In this document: positions 53,598-64,000 of the stretch, in pieces
Layout of the letters: every line of letters begins with the position of its first letter
Position numbering within the stretch: position 1 is the first letter of the stretch
Source: Octopus sinensis
Lineage: Eukaryota
Assembly (NCBI RefSeq): GCF_006345805.1
Contig: NW_021835479.1
Location: forward strand, 5,392 to 69,391
Direction of reading: 5' to 3'
DNA length: 64,000 nucleotides
Notes under the pieces: generated by a model
Database searches by the model: none
The model's input: only the letters and a program-made list of their open reading frames with translations
Told to the model about the DNA's origin: nothing
Program-made: the position numbers and the translations under genes

Positions 53598-53648
53598 CCT
53601 TGCCTTCGAACGTGGAGTAGTGGCAACAGGGGCAACTGAAGAAGGGGG
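53594..53648 (+). ncRNA. Second, 5'-truncated copy of the permuted hammerhead-like motif
   Basis: TTGTCCTT-g-CCTTC-GAAC-GTGG...AGGGGCAA-CTGAAGA-A-GGGGG. Stem I 8 bp (2 GU), stem II GGGGG/CCTTC. One A is lost from GAAAC. The copy starts directly after (TA)n at the position equivalent to the cleavage site. Confidence 0.5.
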
Positions 53649-53904
53649 ATATTCTTTATGTTGTATGTCTCGTTTCTGTTATTTTTTCGTTGTTCGAAAA
53701 AATGTCCGTTTCTATCTTTTTGTTTTTATGTTTTCGTTTCTCTTGTGTTCAACGTTTTTTTTTTGATGTCCTGTACCCATATATGCATGTATATATAATT
53801 ATATATGAAGGTATGTACATATATGTATGTATATATGCATATATATATATAGTATTTATATTATTATATGATCGAATGCCACGCATCCTTTTCCAAGTAA
53901 GTTT

Positions 53905-53905
<1 letters not shown>
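53594..53905 (+). mobile_element. Truncated copy of the 5461-6384 element
   Basis: Colinear similarity (gtcctgtacccatatatgcatgtatatat; acgcatcc.tttc.aagtaag). Lies between (TA)n and (TCTA)n. Confidence 0.7.
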
Positions 53906-54140
<235 letters not shown>

Positions 54141-54650
54141 CTTTCTCTCTCTCTATATATATATATATAGAAAGAGAGAGGGGGGGAGGAAAGGGAGAGA
54201 GAAAGAGAAGGAAAGTCTGTGCTTTGACAAAGTTAATTTATATTTTGGCGAGCCAATACTTCGTGTAAATGTGTTTGTCAATCAGTCTATCAGACTATTT
54301 TGACGATGTACGCCCTTCCTTGAGTTTCTGGTCACCCACCCACCGTTTACATAACATACATTCATGCATATACGCACACACACACGCACACATAAACACA
54401 CACACGCATATATCGATACATGTGTGTATTTATATATATATATATACATACATACATACATACATATATATATACAAGCATATATATATATATATACATA
54501 TATATACGTACATATATATATATACATTTTTATATATACATACATAAATACACACATACACATATATATACATACATAGATACATATATATATAAAATTT
54601 TAATATACAAAAAGACATACATACACACACAATATAATATACATACATAG

Positions 54651-54692
<42 letters not shown>

Positions 54693-54698
54693 CATGAT

Positions 54699-54735
<37 letters not shown>

Positions 54736-54977
54736 GATACATATATATATATATATATATATAATATTATATATATATAGTTACACACGCACACACATTT
54801 TTTTATAACAGCATTTATACATATAGCTGTGTGTCGTTTTGTATGATGCATATTTATATACATCCATTCAGCCATCCACACACACACACACACACACGTA
54901 TATATATGCATGTGTATGTTTATACATTGTGTATGTATGTTCACACGCTTTCACGTGTAAATTTGTTTTTGTATGAA

Positions 54978-55017
<40 letters not shown>

Positions 55018-55259
55018 TGTGAGTGAGAGAGAAAGAGAGGAACCTGCTCATGTATTGACATATCAAACTAATACATGTGTGTAATTAAAATCGTCCTAAG
55101 TAGGGGAGAATGCAGTTCAGTCGGTAATAGTTATAACAACATGTAAAAACACCCTAAGGGCTTTTAAACAAACCCTCTCTTAAACGCGTCACAGACATAT
55201 TCCGTATGTACACACACACACGCACACACACACACACACGCACGCACTTACTCACGCAA

Positions 55260-55590
55260 GCAGCAGCCAGGAAATATCGAAGGAAGACGTCAGCCATTTT
55301 TTAAAAATCGTGCTTGTTGTTTTTTTTTTTTTTTGACTGAGTATTTAGCATTTAACGTTTTAAGCTTAACGAGATGTCAATGGTGACGTCATTGACACGT
55401 GATAAATATTCAGATTAATTGGCCGATAACTAATCGTTTGTCTGATGTCTCTGGAGTTCCCATTTCTGGAAAGTACTTAAGAAGATTCATCTCGAAGGGA
55501 GCTCCGTTGATTGACAATTTAATGTCGGCTGGAGGTGACAGACATCTGAATAAATTCCGGAGTTTCCGGAGTTAGGGAAGTTTATTCATC
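55260..55590. promoter_or_regulatory. Putative cis-regulatory island
   Basis: Non-repetitive block with TGACGTCA (55384-55391), CACGTG (55396-55401), GATAA, TAATT, GGAGTTCCC and paired TCCGGAGT motifs. Confidence 0.3.
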
Positions 55591-55934
55591 TCTCCCTTTG
55601 TCTGTCAGTCTGTCTGTTTCTCCAACGCACACACACACATATATAATTGTACATGTACAATTACCATGTTCATGTGTATGTATGTAATATGCATATTCTT
55701 ATGTTTGAATGCTACAACTCTCTCTCTCTCTTTCTCCCTGTTTCTAACTACACTCTCTTGATACATACCGGAACACACATTTATAAGCGTATACAAACAC
55801 ACACACATAACAAAAATATGTTTATACATAATGGAGAGAAGGCTAACAAACTTGCTTTAGTGAAAGTCAACAAAAAACAAAAATGGATTCAAATTATTAA
55901 ACTAACATGAATAGTGACGATACACTGATTTCAT

Positions 55935-56187
55935 TTATTTAAATCTTTTGTTTAAGTCGTTGGACTACGGTCATTCTGGAGCACCGCATTGGAGTATGTT
56001 AATCGCATAAAGCGATCTCAGAACTTATTTTTTAAAGACTGGTTCTTATTCTACATTTTCTCTATTTCCGAACCGCTAAGTTACGAGGACGTAAACTCAC
56101 CAACACCGAATGTGAAACGGTGGAGGCGGGACAGACACAAACACACACGCACACACACACACACACAAACACACACGCACGCACGCA

Positions 56188-56234
<47 letters not shown>

Positions 56235-56360
56235 CAAGTTTCTATCAGTTTCCATCTACCAAATCTACTCACAGGGAACTGGTCAATCCGGGGCTACGGT
56301 AGAATACACTTGCTCACGGTGCCACGCAATGTGATTGAATCCAAAACCACATGGTTTCCA
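55935..56360 (-). mobile_element. SINE family B
   Basis: ctggagcaccgc...cgaaccgctaagttacgaggacgtaaac...(CA)n...ggtgccacgc. Confidence 0.85.
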
Positions 56361-56680
56361 CGCAGACATGTCTCGGCCGATGATTAATTTTGTACAAGAA
56401 AGACAAGAGAGAGACCACTTCGAAATCCCAATTTCTACAGTTGGGAGTGTTAATCTGATCTATGATAATCATGTCGATAACTCTGGGCATGTTTTAGTTT
56501 CATCAGACCTCTTCATTAAAACACACTCTTCCTTGTATTTGCCAGACTCTACATGACTAACAACTATTGAATGAATGACCCATAAGCGCTAACGAGTACT
56601 TTCTTCACTATAGGTGTAATATTTATTAATTTATGATTATTTAAGCTCGCTTATATTACAGCATTTCAAAATCATATATT

Positions 56681-57289
56681 CTCTTCTACTCTAGGCACAA
56701 GGCCCGAAATTTGGGGGAAGGGGCCAGTCAATTAGATCAACCCCAGTACGTAACTGGTACTTGTTTAATCGACCCCGAAAGGATGAGAGGAAAAGTCGAC
56801 CTCGGCGGAATTTGAACTCAGAACGTAACGATAGACGAAATACTGATAAGCATTTCGCCCGGCGTGCTAACATTTATTTCTTTATTGCCCACAAGGAGCT
56901 AAACATAGAGGGGAAAAACAATGATAGACAAAGGGATTAAGTCGATTACATCGAAACCAGTGCGTAACTTGTACTTAATTTATCGACCCCGAAAGGATGA
57001 AAGGCAAAGTCGATCTCGGTAGAGTGTGATCTCAGATCGTAAAGACAAACGAAATACCTATTTCTTTACTACCCACAAGGGGCTAAACACAGAGTGGACA
57101 AACAAGGACAGACAAACGGATTAAGTCGATTATATCGACCCCAGTGCGTAACTGATACTTATTTAATCAAACCCGAAAGGATGAAAGGCAAAGTCGACCT
57201 CGGCGGAATTTGAACTCAGAACGTAACGGCAGATGAAATACGGCTACGCATTTCGCCCGGCGTGCTAACGTTTCTGTCAGTTCGCCGCC
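56681..57289 (-). mobile_element. Trimeric SINE family A, second copy
   Basis: Same monomer order and matching junctions as 14167-14769. Confidence 0.9.
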
Positions 57290-57539
57290 TTATTTCTAAA
57301 TCATATATTAATCATGCAGAATACTGAGTGATTATCCCTTCCTTCCGCTATTCTCCTATATATTTATAGAGATATATATGCATGTATTGTATATAGGATG
57401 TGGGGAGCCAAACTACGAAAAAAGTTTTTCCACATCTATTTACCTGTTTCTGATGGTGAAGCATACTTACGGCTAGGCATGGTCAGCTCAGAACTGGTGA
57501 ATTGCCAACCAGTTAACTGAATTGAAGTATCATAGGTGA

Positions 57540-58200
57540 GGTGACGTCTTGTTGCATTTGGATGGGTGATGAGTAATCGTGATTGGACAAGTTTATGAAC
57601 TGATAGGTTCAGAAATATTTATAATCTGGTAAAGGCTGCATGTGGTGTTGAAGAAGAAATCATGAGTGCTTGGGGTGTCTCTTTGTTAATTAAGGATACA
57701 TACAAGAGATACAACTAATTGATGTTGGAAAGTAAGGATTGGAGACATTTCATTTTCTACCCGACTGGCATCATTTAAGACTAACATCATCTCTAACAGT
57801 TGAGATCATTGAAGTCACCAAGAATGATGACTTCGGAGAGCGGTAAAGTGAGTCAGATGTCCTCTATGCTGGAAGAGTTACTGGTAGTTGGAGGAGTTTG
57901 TAGAGCAGTTACGGAAACAAATATATTTGGAGAAGAGGAGGGAGACCTTGAGCTAGCGTATCTGTAAGGCTTTGTTGTTGATATTCAGGTGAGAGAGGTA
58001 AATGGCGAGGAGAATGTATGCGTGTGCTGACACTACATCTCAGAGTGAAGTTCAAATAGAGAGAGTAGCGTGGGCAGCAGAAGAGGATTATAAATAAGCT
58101 CTGAGAGATTTATAACTTGGAGAGGAACAAGAGATAATGTGAGTGGTCTAGTTTGGATCGAAGCCCACGGTTTTAGAGGAAATTAGGGACAATTGTTCAG
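57540..58200 (-). mobile_element. Decayed CR1/Jockey-type LINE, APE endonuclease region
   Basis: NFL*NRGLRSKL; KYICF...SNYQ*LF; SSIEDI*LTLPLSEVIILGDFN (GDFN at 57819-57808); DTPSTHDFFF...SEPISS. Confidence 0.75.
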
Positions 58201-58540
58201 CGTGTTTATATCTTGTTAAGCTCATCTGAAGAAATTAGAGGTTGTAGATGACCCTCGGTGTTCACGATAATTCTCTGTAACCTTTATGTATGCAACACAG
58301 TAAACAGCTATTCCTTGAGCGCTTGGCCATGTTAAGCCAAGAGACGTGATGTGCCTACCAAAAGTAACAGCAAACTAATGAAGGTAACCTTTTATGTCAT
58401 AAAGGAGTCTACCTTAGATAGGTGGTGATTCAGTTTAATATACCTAAACAACTATATATATCTTAGCTTCCAATAAATGGATCCGTTGCTTTAAAATTAT
58501 ATAAGGTAGATGTAAATGTACACATGCCTGTATATATATT

Positions 58541-58578
<38 letters not shown>

Positions 58579-58670
58579 CATTCATGTTGCCGCAGGCAAA
58601 CACATAAACACATACATGTACATGTTATCTCTCTCTTTTTATTCTCTCTCCCTGTATATTTCCTCATATT

Positions 58671-58708
58671 CCTCTCTGTTTAAGAGCGTAGGCTCGAAAC
58701 GTAAAAGA
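58671..58708 (+). ncRNA. Degenerate minimal hammerhead (same family as 9822)
   Basis: CTGTTTA-A-GAGC-GTAG-GCTC-GAAAC-GTA-AAAGA, followed by the family tail (gcgtcaaactaatac...cctgtcttcgtcttttg). Confidence 0.5.
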
Positions 58709-58804
58709 CTTTCTCACCTTCCCCAGCGTCAAACTAATACACCTACCTGTTGTTCATACACCTGTCTTCGTCTTTTGTTTTTCTGTAATTTTCAACTACA
58801 CACA

Positions 58805-58849
<45 letters not shown>

Positions 58850-59230
58850 ACATATAACTGAGTTTGAACGAATCGCTACTTGAAGTTCCTCGTTTCCGAT
58901 CTAGAGATTAAGGATCGAGTACGAGAAATTCCGAAAAGTGATTCATTCATATTCTGCTTTTATGCCACTCTTTATAAAGTTATTGAGCATTTACTTTTGC
59001 TCATTTACGTTTCACACTGGTATATGTGTCCATGTTCGTGTGTGAGTGCGCGTGTGGACGCACACAATGCATACACACACACATATATATATACACATAT
59101 ACACATACACATACATGCATATGTGTGTGTATAAGTAAGTTTTTACATATATTCTTTTATATATAAATACACACGCACACATGCATTTATTTGTATATAC
59201 ACATGTATACATATATACGATTGGGTGTGC

Positions 59231-59296
<66 letters not shown>

Positions 59297-59502
59297 GTGT
59301 GTGTGTGTGTGTTGCGTTTGTGTACCCCCCAGGTCTGCAATTGTATCCCAACCCCGACCTAACCAGTATGGTGCCAATTCCCAGGAAAACTCAGCCAGCC
59401 GTGAACGAAGCTCCCCTCTACACATGCATGCAGACACACACACACGCACACACACACACACACACGCACACACACACACAAACCACACACACACACACAC
59501 AC

Positions 59503-59536
<34 letters not shown>

Positions 59537-59629
59537 ATAACAAACTAGGCTAAAATAAAATAAAATTCTTCTAAAATGGTCGCTGCCAGGAATAACTTTG
59601 GTTAACACACTGATCTTGTTACTATGGCT

Positions 59630-60050
59630 GGTAGTGGTGGAGATGGTGTTGTTATTATTAGTGGTGGTGGTTGTGGTGATGGTGGAGGAAGTGGAGTTGT
59701 TAGTGATGGTCGTGGTGATGGTGGAAGTGGTGTTGGAGGAGGTGGTGGTGATGGTAGAGGAGGTGATGGTGATGGTAGAGGAGGTGATGGTGTGGTGATG
59801 CTGGGGTGGTTGCTGTTGTGGCAATGGTGTGGTTGTAATAATGTTGGTGTTGTGGTAGTGGTGATGACATGCTGCCGGTGTTGTAATGATGGTGGTCGTG
59901 GTCGTCGTGAACCGGTGATTGTACTGTTGTGGTGGTGATATTGGCTATGGTTACTCCACTAGTAGTGAATTGTAATTCGTTAGCGGGGTGGCGGTGATAG
60001 GAGATTTGTCATTGGTGGTGGTGGTGCTGGTGGTGCTGCTGCTGCTGTTT
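59630..60050. repeat. (GTG/GAT)-type low-complexity tract
   Basis: A similar tract lies at 42410-42760. Confidence 0.85.
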
Positions 60051-60477
60051 AGATCTCAGGCACCTCGGTCAACCAAACTTATCTTCAAAGAACTTCTGGT
60101 GATTTTTCTACATCTAAGAATAACTTTGTTTAAAGACGATATGGTCATGGCCGTCTTAGAAGCAATGTAGGCCCCGGGCGAATCAATGCATCGGGCCCTA
60201 AAATATTTATTGGCAGCAAGCCACAGTATATACATAGATCACACTTGAGTCCCTAAACCAGTGGCCCTCCTCAGGGCAAATACCCACAGTGGTCATGCTT
60301 TAAGACGACGCTGTATAGGATGTGATTTGATGGAAAATTGGCTTTTTTTTTTAACAGGCCGAACGACTGACCAAAGATTCTCTTCTTGGTAGGCAGATAT
60401 TTTAGACAATGACGTCTCCTTAGAAATTCAAACCCCGACTCCATAAGAATTATTATTAATATTTGTTTCGAACATTA

Positions 60478-60820
60478 AAGCTGCGAATTGGCACCGGACA
60501 AAATGCTTAGTGGCATTACGTCTGTCTTTACGTTCTGACTTCAAATTCCGCCGAAGATGACTTTGCTTTTCATCATTTCAGGGTCAATAAAATAAGTACC
60601 AGTTGAACAATGGGGTCGATAACAATCAACTTACATCCTCCTCCGAAATTGCTAGCCTTGCGCCAAAATTTTAAACGAATAATTGTTTCTATCAAAGGCA
60701 CACGGCCAGAAATTTGGCGAGGGGTAGAGTCGGCAATGTCGACTGCAGTGCTTGACCAATACTTTATTTTATCTTCCTTGGAAGGATGAAAGGCAAAGTT
60801 AATTTCGGGTGGCTTTGACC
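60478..60820. mobile_element. Tail-to-tail SINE family A pair
   Basis: Plus-strand copy at 60478-60675; minus-strand copy at ~60690-60820. Confidence 0.75.
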
Positions 60821-61499
60821 TCCAAATGGCTATTAATACTAATAATTATTATATTAATTAAATGAATAGGAAAAAAGCAAATTAGTTGGGTGGCGAAAAT
60901 GAGAGAAAGAGAAGAAAAGGCAAAGAGGAATTTAATTTAAAAAGAATAAACGAGCCACAAACACAAAGGTAGATCCATGGGTTAAACAAGTGAGATTTAT
61001 TCAAAAGCAAAAGACAATATATACAGCATTGGTTTATGTATTGAACCAGGAGTTCTCAAATTTTTCTTCCAGCCTACGCATTTGTCATGTCCAACATTGT
61101 TGGCGTAGCCCTTGTAAAGAATATATGAAGTCGTTAGATACCATAAGACAAGCAATATGTAAATTGTCATTTATTATATTTGTATGTCAACGCGTCTAAA
61201 CCAAATATTTGATGAAGTTACATATATATAATTATTGACGTTACATGTCTACGGAGCCACCGTCGACTTTTTTCTATCCAAAGACGATTTTTAACCCAGT
61301 ATCCCCATGCTGTTATTTATAGCTTATCTACGCCGAGAGCCAACGTTCCAAAAAGAGCATTAATATATACTATATATTATTATATATAATATATATATAT
61401 ATATATGGTGTATATAAAGTATACTAGCCATATTGAGATGGCTGTATACTTTTACATTGTCGTGCAAGTTACTGTTTACATCTCGTTCAGAGATTTATA

Positions 61500-61740
61500 T
61501 TGCTATATATATATATATATTGTATATTATATGTATATATATATATGTATATATATATATGTGTGTAGTGTAGATATATATATAGTGTATATATATATGT
61601 ATATATATATATATAATATATATATATTATATGTGTGTGTGTGTGTAGATATATATAATGTGTATATATATGTATATATATATGTTATATAATACATATA
61701 TATATATACAAATAATATATATATATATAATATATATATA

Positions 61741-61771
<31 letters not shown>

Positions 61772-61773
61772 TG

Positions 61774-61824
<51 letters not shown>

Positions 61825-61985
61825 ATATATATGTATATATATATTATATATATATGTGGTGTGTGTATATATATATATGTATATATATATATGTATATAT
61901 ATATGTATATATATATATATGTATATATATGATGTATATAATATATATTGTATATATATATGTATAATATATATATATATATTTA
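61500..61985. repeat. Complex (TA)n/(TG)n array
   Basis: Direct observation. Confidence 0.95.
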
Positions 61986-62558
61986 ACCGGTTATAAATGT
62001 GTTGTACGTTTTTTTTAGATAAATGCTGCATACTAAATCAGAACCATTAAAAAGTAGTTCGTTGTGATTACCTCACAACCCCAGTGTTTTTACAAATCTC
62101 GCGTATCCTAGTAATGTATCTTGTGTGCGTACCCTTAGGGATACGCGTACTTCGGTTTGAAAACTTTTGTATTAAACTGATATGCTTAAAGTCGACTATA
62201 CTTTTTGTCTTTTTTTTTTAGGAAAAGGAAAACAAAATAAAGAAAAAAAAAGTAACGGAAGAGGAGAAAGAAAATCGCTTATGTTTCTTTCTTAAAAATC
62301 GCTGCTGGTTTTATATCTACTGATGAATTGCATCAATCAGTGAACAAAGCGCAGTGGTACAAACAAATTGTTTGATGCTTTGTATTAGACATTGTTTAAT
62401 GGTGTATGTAAGAGATTTTGTAAGTTCAGAAATGGTTATAGCAACTCTTCTTTTAATGCATTGGTTTCTATGAAATGGTGTCTATGTTAACTCACCATCT
62501 CAAATCAAGTCACTTGCTCAAACATGTACAATTAAAAGATGCACCAACACATGTTCTT

Positions 62559-62604
<46 letters not shown>

Positions 62605-62606
<2 letters not shown>

Positions 62607-63590
62607 TTACTCTTTTACTTGTTTCAGTCATTTGACTGCGGCCATCGACCCCAGGACTTATTCTTTGGAAGCCTAGTACTTATTCTATCGGCCTCTTCTG
62701 CCGAACCGCTAAGTTACGGGGACATAAACATACCAGCATCGGTTGTCAAGCGATTCTGGGGGAACAAACACAGACATACAAACACACACACACACGTATA
62801 TATATATACATATATACGAGTTTCCGTCTACCAAATCCACTCACAAGGCTTTGATCGACACGAGGCTATAGTAGAAGGCACTTGCTCAAGGTGCCACGCA
62901 GTGGGACTGAACCTGGAGCCATGTGGTTGGTAAGCATGCTACTTACCACACAGCCACTCCCGCGCCTACATGTGTGCGTGTTTCCTTGTCGTCCATACAT
63001 GGGATAGAAAAGCGCTCATTACAAAGAGTTTATTTATTGAAGAACACGAAATAAACGGGGAAGTGTGGTGCATGCAAGGCCTATTTCTTTACACCAGCTT
63101 GTTTGATCTATACAGACATAAATATTTTGCTGTGCTGCTAAATTACGGGGATGTAAACACACTAACACCGGTTGTCAAGCTGTGTTGGGGGATAAACACA
63201 CACACACACACACACGAGGAGAAATTCACTCACAAGGCTTTGGTCAGTCCCATGACCTTAGTAGAAGACATTTGCCCAAGGTCTCACTTAGTGGGACTGA
63301 ACTCAGAACCATGTGGTTGGCAAGCAAGCTTCTTTTCACATAACCATGCCTGCGTCTATAAATTTGTTAGCACATGTATATATGTGTGTGTGTTTGTGTT
63401 TGTTCCACTATCATTTGACAAACGGTGCTGGTTTCTTTACGGCCCTACAACGTAGCAATTCTGAAAAAGAGACCAGTAGAATAATGCCAGACTTAACTAA
63501 TAAGTTGAAGGTCGATTTGTTCGACGAAATCATTTAAGATGGTGCTCCAGCATGGCCGCAGTCCTATAGCTTAAACAAGTAAAAGGGATA
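62605..63590. mobile_element. Cluster of three SINE family B copies
   Basis: 62605-62968 (-), 63105-63357 (-) and 63395-63590 (+). Confidence 0.85.
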
Positions 63591-64000
63591 AAAGAGAAGA
63601 ACTAAATTTGTACAGCCGGTGGTCATATGTGCCAATTTTACTACGCATGTATGTATGTATGTATGTATGTATGCACGCATGCATGTATGTGTGTATGTAT
63701 GTATGTTTGTATGTATATATGAATGAATGACTAAACGCATGTATACATGTGTGCATGTGTATGTATGAGTATGATGTTCTGCACAGACGCTATTAATATT
63801 TACGTATTCATATAACTTTAATAGCAATCCAGCGAGAGCTAAAGTATTAAACCCCATCATTTAACCAGTAACTGTTGCTTCTTACGATAAATTCCATTTT
63901 TTTTTTCAATTTGCTTTCTTTCCCTCCCCATCTCTTCATATTCATTTTATCCCCTAAAATTTCATTGAACAGATGAAACATTTCACTAAAATCATTTAAA

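Noticed and set aside
61047-61270. hAT-like element starting caggagttctcaaatttt
   Set aside because: Only a weak resemblance to one TIR, with no partner end or TSD.

Overview
AT-rich eukaryotic non-coding DNA saturated with microsatellites ((TA)n, (CA)n, (TACA)n, (AAT)n, (GATA)n, (GAA)n) and interspersed repeats. The SINE families and repeat density best fit an octopus genome (inference). No intact protein-coding gene is supported; nearly all listed ORFs are microsatellite read-throughs. Recognisable content: (i) four tRNA-headed SINE families in about 35 copies, including a ~605-bp trimeric SINE present twice with matching junctions; (ii) an internally deleted mariner with intact TIRs; (iii) decayed LINE pieces (RTE 3' end, CR1/Jockey-type APE endonuclease) and a Penelope-like RT-end/GIY-YIG fragment; (iv) at least ten hammerhead-ribozyme (HHR) motifs in non-coding, microsatellite-embedded, Penelope-type elements. 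The HHR motifs show three architectures: type I with a very long stem II, minimal dimer-type with an extra A, and a candidate non-circularly permuted (pseudoknotted) HHR. The permuted candidate sits at 5678-5737 (-) with a second copy at 53594-53648 (+). That second copy shows stem-I covariation and begins exactly at the predicted cleavage site.
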